Made by a program: the position numbers and the translations under genes
Notes under the pieces: generated by a model
The model's database searches: none
What the model was told of the DNA's origin: nothing
What the model saw: only the letters and a program-made list of their open reading frames with translations
Shown here: one piece after another, positions 51,392 through 64,000 of the stretch
How the letters are laid out: each line of letters begins with the position of its first letter
Position numbering within the stretch: the first letter of the stretch is position 1
NCBI RefSeq assembly: GCF_009914755.1
Contig: NC_060936.1
DNA length: 64,000 bases
From: the human T2T-CHM13v2.0 reference genome, Homo sapiens
Reading direction: 5' to 3' (one strand)

Positions 51392-52699
51392 CACTAGAAT
51401 GCAGGGGCGTCATTTTGCTTGCTGCTGTATCCTTAGTGTCAGAACAGTACTTAGCACATCATAAGCACTCACTAAATATTTATCAAATGAATTAACGTTG
51501 GAGATGAGAGGAAGGAGGAGGTAATAATGGAAAGAGGACAAAGAAAGAGAGGCAAGGGAAGACAGAAAGAAAACAGATTTGGCCTCCCCACATTTTCTGG
51601 GCACAGATATAACGGCTCTCTCTTGCTCTTTGCTCCCAATCAAAACTCAGCCAGCCTCATGTCCAACATCTCATGGGCTTGCCTCCAGTTCTCTGCACTT
51701 TCCAAAGTGATAGCTGACTAATCAAAGATATTGTGATAATGAATTGCCTAACTACGCAGCCTGCCTTCTTCTCTTCTAGCATGTATTTGATTAGGGGCCT
51801 GCTGAAACCAATTAAGTAAATAATTCAGTATGACTTTATGAACTACCTACTACATGCATGGCTTAACACAGGCAGCCTCAAGAGGCTGAGAACCAAAGAC
51901 GGAAAAAGCACAACTTATAGTCCAGCTATAGAGACAGACTTTTAGGTAAGTAATCATACCTTGAGGTGAAAAAAAAAAAAAAAAAAAAAAGATCTGTGAT
52001 GGAAGACACTTACAGACATGTAGACAGGGTGGTGTGGAAGGTCTACAGTAAGTGACTGTTTCAGACTGAGGGGAGGGAGTAGACTCCTGGTGAGGAGGGC
52101 AGGGGCATGTGAGTTGCGTATGTGAGTGGCTGGAACACAAGGTGGGGAGGCATGCTTGTGTGCTTTGGCAATCACAAAGACGGTTAGAAGGCAGTTAAAG
52201 GGTTGGAGTATGGTCAGTTCTGTGTTTTGAAGAGATGACTGACAGTCGTGGAAGGTGGATTGGAGAAGGAAGACCATGGGCCCATCACACCCAGTTTGGA
52301 GATGATTAAAGATGATACCCACGTTACATGACAGAGCCGTGGCAGGGGCAATAGGATGTAAAATGTGGAGATCGTTTTGAGATTTTTCAAATGGGGAAGA
52401 CCATGTCTTTTTTGTTTAACCGAAATGAGCAGGAATTCTTGGGGTGACATCAAATTCGATAGTTCTATGAGCATATACACTGAAAACCACGATATTACGG
52501 AAATATAGGCTATTTCTCTTTTCACTGGCCTTTAGATAGACTGGATTAGTGGAGAGTTGAGCATTCGTCTTTTCTTAGAGCCTTGAGTGGAGATGGACCC
52601 TAGTGATTATTTATTTTGACTGCTTTATTTTGAAGATGAAGAGAAGGAGGCCAAGGTATGAAATGATTATCAGAACCAGGAATGCAACTTGAGGTCACC

Positions 52700-52920
52700 A
52701 TTACTAGATACATAGTGAGTGCCAGGTGGTTTAAATACTCATTATCACCTTCAATCCTCACAACCATTGTATGAAACAGGGATGCTATGTTTATTTTAGG
52801 GATGAGAAAACCCAAAACTCAAGGAGGTAACTCACCCAAGGTTTTGCAGCTAGTAAGTGGTACAGCTGGGATCCAAACCCAGGTGTGTCCCAGCTACGCT
52901 GTGCCATCTACTCCTCTGCC
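52700..52920 (-). mobile_element. MIR SINE
   Basis: ttcaatcctcacaacc...gatgagaaaaccc...ggtaactcacccaaggt...agctagtaagtgg...gggatccaaacccagg. Confidence 0.8.
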
Positions 52921-53164
52921 CTGCTGCTTTCCTAATCAGTACTCCCTGATGCTTCTGAGGAAGAGTCGAACTTATAGAGGTCACACATTGTTTTCCTTGT
53001 TTTTGGATGCAGTTTTGTTTTCTTTGATAATCATAAATTGAGGATTTATGACAGCCGATTTCTCTCTGTTATTTTGGTCACAATTTCACAATGTGACCTT
53101 TGGAAGTAAGGGCTTTGAGTTCCTTAAAATAGCTAAATTGAGAGGATAAAGGAAAACTGACTCA

Positions 53165-53702
<538 letters not shown>

Positions 53703-55680
53703 TCAGGGCTGTGATCTGGTGAATTGGGAGTGATTTATGCCACCCAAGCGAGTTGACCTGAACCGCTGGGGTCCATCATCCTGCTTCTGTTTCTGCACTG
53801 GCATTTGTGTTAGTATTTGGTGGAAGGTGGTTCACTTTTGGCTGAAGTTGGTGGATGTGGGCAGAGCAGGATTAGTTCCTTTCTTCTGCCCTCTCTTCTA
53901 GCAATGCTCCAAGGATGCTTTGGAAGACTCATTATTCAGAGCTGCAGCTGGACTGCCTTAGACATCTGCATTTCTCTATCTCTGAAATAAGGGACTCAAA
54001 CAAGAGCATCACTCTTTTCCTTTCCAGCTCTAAAATTATGTGATTTTTCTTTCACATGGTAAGTGAAATAGTCATCTGAGCTGCTGTAGTAGGTTGAGCT
54101 TATTGTATCCCAGATCTGAGTGGTTCAACTCCATGTTCATGCTGCCCAGTTCCAAGAGCACCTCTGTGGCCTTCAAACAGTTGTACACAGTCTGTAAACT
54201 GCTCAGCCACTTCTCCCAGTCTTCTAAGCAGGCAAAGACTCCTTATCTCTTAGATCTAAAATCATTAGGTAGATTTTGATTCCAAGGGTCAAAGCACAGC
54301 ATGGTAGGCAGCAAGCTCTCATCCAAGCCCGTATTTCAGCAGGCAGGCGATGCTGAGGTGCTTTAGGCCTTCAGTGCACACAGATAGATGCTTCCCCTGA
54401 GCCTCAGGGAAAGCTTTATTTTGCCCACGTTGTATTCCTTCCTGCATCGTATATGTTAATGTTGCTCTGCCACTCCAAATACAGCAGTGTCTGCTCAGTT
54501 CCATTTTCTTCCTTTTGCAAAGAGCAGGCAACCAGCTATGCCTTCCTGAGAGCAGACAAACCTGGAGCCAAGGGGGCCACATTTTCAGCTTCAATAGCAA
54601 TTGCTGCAGCTCCCTTATTTCATCACCTATTAGGATGCGCAGGCGGCGCTAAGTGACACATAGCCCATAAAACATATCTGCTTCCTGCTGATTTCATGGT
54701 TCTGGAGGACAGGCTGTGCACAGGGATTCAGACAGAGTGTAGTAACAAGCAGGGGTGCTATGGAATATTCATTTATCCTAAATAAATATCTTTTTGGCAA
54801 CTGCTTTTCCCTATAGTGTAATACAGTAACGCTATGGGGCATGTATACATGTGTGTGCATAAGGAACATCCGTCCATCTCTAGCTGTCATGTCTGAGAAC
54901 ATTAATAAAAGGCTCGACCTCATGCGCCTGCAAGTGATCACAAGACAGTTACTGAAGCATTCAAAGAAGCAATGTCTTTGTCATCTGACTCATTTTGAAA
55001 ACGCATGAGAATGCTTTCCCAAGGCAATTTCTTACAAAATACACCGTGGGACATTTTTCCTATAGTTTATTGTTGTTGATGATCATCGAGAACTTTGTAC
55101 CCAGAGACACTCTACACTGTGAGTGTCCCCTGATATTCCCTCCCACTCGGCCTGATCAGTGGTATCTGACCTCCAACTACTCGCTGCAACAACCCGTTCT
55201 CTAGCTGAGTGGGCCTGGACTTTGAACAGAATTAACAGCCTGGAAGTGGAGTTCTCAATCTCAACAGCCCCTTACCTCATGCAAATTTCTTTTGAGCTGA
55301 AAAGAACAAACAGAATGCCACCTTTTAAAACAACCTTCTTCGAAACATGGGGGGAAAGTCAGGTTTTATATAAATCAGAGAGATAGAAATAAGGCCCATA
55401 ATAAAAAACTTGAAATAGATTTGGGAAGTTTCCGAAACTTCCAAAAACTAGTGGTCCAAAGTGGGCAATATTTTTTGTGTGCATTGAGAGGCCCTTCCTG
55501 TTTCCTTGGTCCATGCTGGTGTCTTGCCCCGTTCCAGGAACCCTGGGCTCCCCTGTGCTGAGCAGCCCCCACACCTCAGCCCAAAGCCTCACCCCTTGCC
55601 TGACCACACCCCATTTCTTTTGGCACAGCTTCCCAGACTTACAAGATGTCTTGAAGTGACTGAATGGAGTTAGTGTTCGG

Positions 55681-56130
55681 CAGGACTGGCTAGGTAACTA
55701 CTGGGACTTGGTGCAGAATGTAGATGTAGGGCTCCTTGTTCAAAAATTAGGAAGAATTTCAAGATAGCCACAGCAGAGCATTAAAACAAACCCAGGTTGG
55801 CTAGGTGTGGTGGCACACTCCTGAAATCCTAGCACTTTGGGAGGACGAGGCAGGCGGATCGCTTGAGCTCAGGAGTCTGAGACCAGCCTGGGCAACATGA
55901 CGAAACCCCATCGCTACTAAAAAAAAAAAAAAAAAAAAATTAGTTGGGCATGGTGGTGTGTGCCTGTAGTCCCAGCTACTTGGGAGGCTGAGGTGGGAGG
56001 CTTGCTTTTAAGCCTGGGAGGCAGCCTGGGCAACAGAGTGAGACTGTGTCTCAAAAAAATTCTCAGACAAGCACAGGACCTCTGTATGACTGCACAGGTC
56101 ACAGGTCGCACACTCACGAAGCCAGCCCAG
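55681..56130 (-). mobile_element. MER45A-like (hAT-Tip100) DNA transposon split by an Alu
   Basis: caggactggcta...ccttgttcaaaaatt...gaatttcaagatagccacagcagagcattaaa [Alu] ...gactgcacaggtc...gcacactcacgaagccagccc. Confidence 0.75.
55799..56060 (+). mobile_element. AluJ SINE with right-arm deletion
   Basis: Left arm intact; right arm collapses at agcctgggaggcagcctgggcaacagag. Confidence 0.92.
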
Positions 56131-57629
56131 TGCTCAATACTGTATTTTAGAATAAGCAGGAATCAGTTTAGGGCTGCCAGACTTGCAGAACAATCACTGT
56201 GAGGGCTGATGGCAGATCCCTGATCTGTGATTCAGAAAGAGTCATTCAGACAGGCATTGCCCAGAGTCTGGGTTCTCTCTCTCCTGAAGTTGTTGAGGCT
56301 GTGCAGAATGTATGTGTTTAGTGTTTCATCCAGTCTGTTAGGGTAATCAGTGTGATTTCTCTGGCATCTCCAGGACTGGAAGCAGACCAGATTTAATCAA
56401 AGCTGTTGAAGCTGCCCAGGGACTGGCTAAGCTGCCACCCTGTTAGTGAGGCCGCTGGGGAGAGGGAAACTGAAGCCTGCACCACGGGGAGCCGTATACT
56501 GGAGTCTGGAATCCATTTGCTCCACGCAGGAGGCCTGCATCTCAAGTCAGGAGGCACTGCCTGGAAATCTAGCATCATGTTGATACTCTTTGGTGAAGGA
56601 AATGTGGTCCTTGCCCCAAGTTATCTCACAGTCTCTTTGGGCAATCTCATGCATATTAAAAATACCGACAAACATAGACCCACGAAAGATCCTGATCTTT
56701 TAGGTCTGTCATGTGATAGAGACAGTAAGTGCTCTGTATAGACATCAGGAGATTTTCTTCCCTGAAGGACAAGCTCTTGTAGCATTTTCCTGCACTGAGA
56801 TGCAGTCATGCTAGCCTGTCTTTCACTCACCAGGGATGGCAAGGAAGGACCAGCTGACAAGTAATAAAGCAAACCAGTTTGTAATTTTACAGGGCTCTGA
56901 ATAAAGATGCATTTATCTCTGGCCAACACCAAGAGGCCTCGATGTCTCTCACAGGGAGGAACTTGATGGGCTGTGGCGTCTTTTGGGGGTGCTAGGGCAG
57001 AGTCAGGCTTGAATCTGAGAAAGGCAAGTCTGTGCATTAAAATCCAGCACGGGGGTGGGTCTGGGGCAAGGGACAAGAGAGAAGCGGGAATGGAAGGCAG
57101 GGATGAGGACTGGTAACAGACCCTCTGCCTCCTTCCTTCCTCTTCCCTCACACTGGCTCTTTCAGCCACTTCCCTCACTGAGATAGGAAGCGGTCCTGTG
57201 GTGACGCCAAGGGCACAGGCTTCTGCTGTCTGGGCTCCGGCACAGTCATTGGCTCTGAGTCATCCGGGAAGGAAAGGCATCTTTTACCGCCCCCTCTCCC
57301 ACCGTGGCCTCAGGCTCCCACCATGCAGGAAATGCCTGGTCTCCCACGAATCAGAAGCTATAAACAGGACTGGTGGCAGTTCATACAGATTTGGCAAAGG
57401 ACGAGAAGCTGTGGGTTATTGGTATCAGTGATTATAGAAGGGGAAAGAGTTGATATCTGAAGATAGGAAAAGGGGCTTCTGAGGATGGTGTTAGCATGTT
57501 CAGGCACAGCATTAATCTTTAAGAGTCACGAAGAGCCATCAGCACAGTCATCTCCCTAATAAGCCTTGAGAGTGTTGTCAAAGACACTTCTGGATATAAG
57601 TAAGAAACCATTGAGACTGAGTTGTATGG

Positions 57630-57760
57630 TTAAACAGCACAGTTTTTAGGGAGAGGCAAAGGCAACTCTGTGTTCAGCTCTTAGTTCTGACACTTATGAA
57701 CTCAGATTTAAATTCCCTGAGCCTCAGTTTCCCTGTCTGTAAAATCAGGATAAAAATTTC
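57630..57760 (+). mobile_element. MIR SINE 5' part (3' part resumes at ~59030-59140 after the L1)
   Basis: ccctgagcctcagtttccctgtctgtaaaat. Confidence 0.75.
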
Positions 57761-57764
57761 TTGC

Positions 57765-59028
57765 TCAAGGCCAACAAAAACAAGCAATGGGGTAAAGGAC
57801 TCCTTATTCATAAATGGTGCTGGGATAGCTGGCTAGCCATATGCAGAAGAATGAAACTGAACCCTTACCTTTCACCATATACAAAAATTAACTCAAGATG
57901 GATTAAATCGAAATCTAAGACCTCAAACTGTAAAAATCCTAGAAGAAAACACAGGAAAAACCCCTCTTGACACTAGCCTTGGCAAAGGATTTTTGGCTAA
58001 GTCCCCAAAAGCAATTGCAACAAAAACAAAAAATTGACAAGTGGGAACTAATTAAACTAAAGAGCTTCTGCACGGCAAAAGAATCAACAGAGTAAACAGC
58101 AACCTACCGAATGGGAGAAAATATTTGCAAACTGTGCATCCAACAAAGGTCTAATATCCAGAATCTATAAGGAACTTAAATCAAGAGGCAAAAAAACAAT
58201 AACTCCATTAAAAAATGGGCAAAGGGCATGAACAGACACCTCTTAAAAGAAGACATACAAGCAGCCAACAAACAAGAAAAAATGCTTATTATCACTAATC
58301 ATCAGAGAAATGCAAATCAAAGCCACGACGAGATACTGTCTCACACCAGTCAGAATGCTATTATCAAAAGTCAAAAAATAACAGATGCTGGTGAGGCTAT
58401 GGAGAAAAGGGAATGCTTATACACCGGTGGGGGAAATGTAACTTAGTTCAGTCATTGTAGAAAGCAGTTTGGAGATTTCTCAACTTAAAACAGAGCTACC
58501 ATTCAGCCCATAAATCTCATTACTGGGTGTATATCCAAAGGAAACTAGATCATTATACCAAAAAGACATATACACTTGTATGTTTACTGCCACGCTATTC
58601 ACAGTATCAAAGACATGGAATCAACCTAGGTGCACATCAACAGTGGATTTGATTTTGTTTTAATGTGGTACATATACACCATGGAATACTTTGCAGCCAT
58701 AAAAAGGAATGAAATCATGTCCTTTATAGCAACATGGGTAACCATGTTGGAAGAGCTGGAAACCATAATTCTAAGTGAATGAATGCAGGAACAGAAAACC
58801 AAATGCTGCATGTTCTCACTTATAAGTAGGAGCTATACATCGAGCACTCATGAACATAAACATGGGAACAATAAACACTGTGGACTACTAGAGGGAGGAG
58901 CGGGAGGGGGTTAATGAGTCAGAAACTACCTCTTGGGTACTGTGCTCACTACCTGGATGCAAGATACCCATGTAACAAACCTGCACACGTAAACCCTATG
59001 TCTAAAGTAAAAGTTGGAAAAGAAAAAA
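57765..59028 (+). mobile_element. 5'-truncated older primate L1 (late L1PA/L1PB-like), ORF2 end + 3'UTR
   Basis: Frameshifted ORF2 remnants ([31 protein letters not shown]), 3'UTR cccatgtaacaaacctgcac, A-rich end. Confidence 0.95.
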
Positions 59029-60155
59029 TATTTCCTAAATTGTTCTAGAATTAAGCAAGGTAATATTTATAAGACATCCAGCAGAGGGTCTGGCACCCTA
59101 GCATATAATAGATGCCTAATGAACATTAGTTTCCTTATTTTTCTTACGAGAGTAAAATATTAAGATGTACATATTCTGTTAGGTCATAGAAAGTTTGAAT
59201 GGTGGGAAAAGTCAGCTGTTAAAATGCTGTGGGATCTCTTTTTGAGCCTTTTCACCTGTGATCAAAGTTGTCCATCACCCTGGCATTTTTGAGAGCTGTA
59301 ATTTAAGGAAGAAGGTATCATAGGTTACCTCTGTGGAAATTCTAGAATTTGAATATTATGCCCCTGCTCACTTGTAGACTGGGCTGTCACTATAAAGTTA
59401 GGCTGACTTGACTGTATCTGATAATTAGGGGCTGGGAGAGCATGGAAAATTGAAGCCATAGATAATCCCAGTGTCTTGTTTTAGCCAATAATAATTCTTC
59501 TCCCACCAAGTCTTTATCAGAACTGCTAACAAGGAGAAAAGTCGACTGGTTTGAGTTTCCTCACCTTTTATTCTCCCCTGGGTATCTTCAGTAGAGGTGC
59601 TAATGAACAGTGAAATGGCCAAAAGGTGAGCAGCTCCAGGGAGGAGAAGAAGGAGGCTCAGATAATCCACAAACTGTAATCGCTTTGAATAATTGAGTTA
59701 ACTCCAGTAAAATGTAGAGATACATTCACCTGCTAGGCATTGTTGGAAGCTAAATTAACACACTGGAAGCAAAGCTTTCTTTTAAGTTTCATTTTTAATC
59801 TAATGGTGGACATTTTGGGGCACTGCAGCCTATTAAATCTGCTAACTGATGTTCAGACGTTATGAAGGAGTTAAACTATTCTAAGAATATTCAAGGCCTG
59901 TTGTTCTCTCCTAGGCTTTCTACGTCAAAGAGTAAAGTCAGAAAAGCCAAACTGATTTCTCCTAAAATGAAGAGAATTGAAGTTACTCTCCCAAACCCCA
60001 GTTGTAGGCCAGGCCCTAAACTGAGAGAAATGGACAACCCAAATATTTTGACCTTTGCCCATTGCCAGGTGAGGCCAGATCCGGGGAGGAAGTGATGTTT
60101 TCTTATCTGCCTTAACTTAGCCACTACGTGGAGAAGCACTGTAATGTAATTAATG

Positions 60156-60322
60156 CAGAGGTGCTCAAATTCTGGTGTTCCTCAGAATCACCTCAGGGGC
60201 TTTTAGAAACAGTTGCTGGGCCGTTCTCTCAGAGTTTCTGATTTGGTAGGACTGGGGTGGGACAAAGAATTTGCAAATCTGAGAAGTTCCCGGTTCCAGG
60301 GACCGCACTTTAATAACCACAG
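60156..60322. mobile_element. MER5A (hAT-Charlie) MITE
   Basis: cagaggtgctcaaa...cagaatcacc...cagagtttctgatt...aagaatttgca...gggaccgcacttt...aaccac. Confidence 0.75.
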
Positions 60323-60334
60323 GTGAAACCAATG

Positions 60335-60560
60335 AGAAGCTGAGCTCCGAAGTCAGACTACCTGGGCTTGAATCTCAGATCTCTCACTTGGTAGTTGTGT
60401 GACTGGGTAGTTGATAGTTTACAGAATCTCTTTGTACCCTCGTTTTCTCATTTGTAAAATGGGAATCCTAATATCTCATAGGATTGTGAGTATTAAATGA
60501 ATTAATATGTGATAAGCCCTTAGAACATTCCCTGCTCTATGGCAAGTGTGCATTGTAGGT
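60335..60560 (+). mobile_element. MIR SINE
   Basis: agtcagactacctgggcttgaatctcag...tctcatttgtaaaatggg...cataggattgtgagtattaaatga. Confidence 0.85.
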
Positions 60561-62889
60561 TAGTATGACACGGTTATAGGCTCTCTGTAACAATGAATAT
60601 AGTGACTGATATTTTTTGAGCACTTACTATAGGCCAGAGATTGACTCAGTACTTTGCAAGGATTATCACATTTAATACCCACAACGCACTCTCCCTCCTT
60701 TCCCATGTCCTGCTTGCCTTCTTTCTTCCACTTTCAGTTATTCCTTTTTCCCTTCCATTCTTTCTTGCTCTTCAAAAGCCATATTGTGACAAAATTAATC
60801 CATTCTAAATGAAAAAGAAAATGTACCTTAGTTATAAAGTATGACCTTTGTGAGTTTTTTCAGGACTGTTCACCTGTTCTTTGCCTTTTATTCCAGCGTG
60901 GTACCCGGCACATAGTAGGAGTTTGGTGAACATTAATTACTTGAATCTCGTTATCCTTAAAAATCAAACGGGGTTTATCTATCAGGGTTCCCTTCTCTTC
61001 CTTTGTCCTATCCTGGCCTCTCCTTGACCAACACATTGGTAAATTTGGCCTCTGCTCTTTCTTTTCCCCAACTGCAGGGGCCCACATGTCAAGACAAGGT
61101 GGCATCACCAACCATTGAGAAAGCTTTTATTTCACTAGCTTCTACCTGGACCACCCATCAAAAATCTTTACAACGAGTATTCCTTGGGACAAGGCCAGGT
61201 GTCATTGAGAGTCCCCAGGAAGAGCATAGGAGTCCTGGTCTGGGAGGGCCGGACCTACACTCTCGGGGGTGCCCAGAGGAAGAACAGGGCCTTTAAAGTC
61301 ACCCTATGTTCTCTGACCCGTGCAGTGGTGGCATACTCCCTCCCCCACCCCTGACCTGAGGGTGCTGTGTGTCAGCTCTCCTAACTCTTGGTCTCATTAG
61401 GGAAGCTGGTTGTCAAGTACTGCCCAGTTACAGTTGGTTTAAACTCTCAACTAAGGGATCGTAAGCAGGTCAGCTGCCTGAGTCTCCAGTTACTCTTGCA
61501 GCTCAGGTTTCCCCTTGACAGGTCCTGATAGGGGCTACTTTTGCACCATTGATGTGGCCAGGGCTTACAGCAAGGTTTAAGGTTTCCATGCGCAGCCTTC
61601 TTGGCAGGCAGCTCCCAGAGAAAGGAGTGTGGTTTGGGAGAAAGCTGCAAGGCATGTTCGTGGATCCTTAGTATTTTGAGCCGATCACGTGGAGTGGGCC
61701 TGTGCCCATCAGTACCAGGAGACTTTATACTTAGGGGAGAATCTGTATGCGGTGTGATTTTCAAGGGTCTATTTCCTCATTGTTTCTCTTTGCTTGCCCT
61801 GTGGCTGAGTATTAAATGAACATTGAAAGTCTACTATATGCCGGTTACTCTGCTAGATACTAGCAGAGATGGAGGGTAGGATACAAAGACAAGTAAGGCC
61901 TAGTCTTCAGGAAGCCTTTATTTGTGCTCTGTGTATCAGAAGAGGGTTGAGTTGGTGACAAGAATAAAGAGTTGAGGGGAGTGAGGGGCTGAAAAATAAT
62001 AAGCCTTAGAGAACTAGGAATAAAGTGTTAACTTGGGAAAATTGTTGAAACAGTTCCTTAAGATATTTGTAGTAGATATGTCTCTAGATAAGAGGCTTGT
62101 CTGGCTGTGAGGTCCTTGCACGAGACCCTTGCAGGTTTCCCAAATCTATTTGGACTGGGTGTCCTGTATTAACATGAAATCGTAGGCAGACACTGAATAA
62201 ATCGCAACAGAGTTTCGGTTGTGGCTGCTCCAGTGTCTTGGAGTGGTTGCTCCAGACACATAGGTCTTATCCTCCTGCCCTGAGGTTCTCCAAATTTGCA
62301 TTTGGGAAGTGTATAGTTTTATGACTGTTTCTTTTATCGTGAACTTACGGCCACCCCACTTCCCTGCCCACTTCCCCATCAGCTTCACCTTGGGTCGCGG
62401 CACATCTGTTCTCCAGAACATGTTCCCTGCCAGGAATCTGCAGGGAGCTCTTAAGACTTATCTTTCTTTTTAGCTGTTTTTTTTTTTTTTCCACTCAACT
62501 TCTAGGCTAGTGCTGAGTACTTATATGTCATGCTGTGAATATGTGTGTGAATGGATTGGTCAGAATTCCAAATTTTAGTTGTAAGAAAATTCTTTTGTGC
62601 AGCGTGCATGGCTCAAAATGAGAGAAAAGACACTGACGAGGACTTGGCAGCCCCGAGCTTTTCCTTGGGATGTTATTTGCTTTAATAAATTTTGACCTAT
62701 TTTGTAACAGACCAGGTTGGAGTTCCCTTTTTAACCTGCTGTTTCAACAAAGTTAAGTGCATTGAAGGTCTATCTCAAAGGCAATATATATTTTAAAAAT
62801 TTCAGAATCCTATTCTGAGGCTGAATTATGGCTTTTTCTTTTCCCATAGGATTTACATGTACACTCATCTGTATTACTTCAGATGTTGC

Positions 62890-63318
62890 TGCTGTAGTTT
62901 GGATGTTTCTCTCCCCAAACCTCATGTTGAGACCTGATCTCCAGTGTTGGAGGTGGGGCCTAATGCAAGGTGTGTGGGTCATGGAAGTGGATCCCTCTTG
63001 AGTAGATTGCTGCCCTCCCTGTGGTGGGGTGAGTGAGTTCTCGCTCTGTTAGTTCTCACAGAAGCAGATTGCTAAAAAGAGCCTGGTACCTCCCCCTGCC
63101 TCTCTCTTGCTTCCTCTCTTGCCACGTGATCTCTGCACACGCCGGCTCGCCTCACTTTCCGCCACGAGTGGAAGCAGCCTGAGGTCCTCACCAGAAGCAG
63201 ATGCTAGGGCCATGCTTCCTGTAGCGCCTGTAGAACTGTAAGCCAAATGAACCTCTTTTCTTTATGAATTCCCCAGCCTCAGATATTCCTTCCTAGCAGT
63301 ACAACATGACTAAGACAG
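62890..63318 (+). mobile_element. MSTB-like MaLR solo LTR
   Basis: tgctgtagtttggatgttt...ccagtgttggaggtggggcctaatg...cagaagcagatgct...cagcctcagatattcc...gactaagaca. Confidence 0.9.
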
Positions 63319-63782
63319 TTAACTTCCCATCTGACTCCCTCCAGTTGCTTCAAGGGTAGGCAAGAATTGTATATTAGCTATTTCTACATCCAGCTGTGTA
63401 TCCACAGTGCCTCTTATATTTGGCCTATAGTACATACTAAAGAAATGTTTATGTACTCTAGAAATGTACTCAAGAAATGACCAAATGAATGGATAACTTG
63501 GCTCATGAGAATTCTTAAGGGCATTTGAAATGGCAAGGGGTATGTTTGGAAGAAGGAGTGTGAGGAGCTGAAGGAAAAGAGGGGAGACCAGCTGTGTTCA
63601 GAACCCACAGTCATTTCCTCAGGAAACAGTACCAGATATCCTTGGATGTGGGGAAATGATCCACTCTTGCAGTAGCCTAGGCCACAGGTAATTTTGTGTA
63701 CCCACTATGCACTTAGCTCATACAGTAGGTCGTAAAAATGAAAATGGCATGATTCCTTCATAATCTAGGTGGGGAGACACTA

Positions 63783-64000
<218 letters not shown>

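Larger units (their letters stand above)
50770..51495 (+). mobile_element. L2 LINE 3' part interrupted by two hAT MITEs
   Basis: cctcagggcctttgcgtgtgctgtttcct...cctcccactag | ... | cactagaatg...gctgtatcc...ctaaatatttatcaaatgaat. Confidence 0.75.

Overview
This window is primate (almost certainly human) non-coding genomic DNA. It is dense in Alu, L1, L2, MIR, MaLR/ERVL LTRs and hAT/Tigger DNA-transposon fossils, is CpG-depleted and has no CpG island. I found no credible host protein-coding exon, structural RNA gene or CRISPR array. The longer ORFs in the track are L1 ORF2 remnants, Alu read-throughs, low-complexity tracts or chance frames. A qualitative T/G-rich + strand and several + strand splice-signal pairs suggest (inference only) a large intron of a gene transcribed on the + strand; I cannot name the gene. 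I found no evidence of a new multi-gene biological system. The best real signals are small-scale: an old ~107-bp dispersed duplication of an L2 tail-to-tail junction, a twin-primed (5'-inverted) L1MA whose target site was reused by an Alu (three TSD copies), a template-switch scar inside an L1PA, a short ATTTT/ATTTC pentanucleotide tract, a well-formed candidate 166-nt poison or non-coding exon, non-B DNA motifs and several enhancer-like unique blocks. Repeat families and subfamilies were assigned by eye from remembered consensus sequences; boundaries are approximate (about +/-10-20 bp, more for L2, MIR and L1M).
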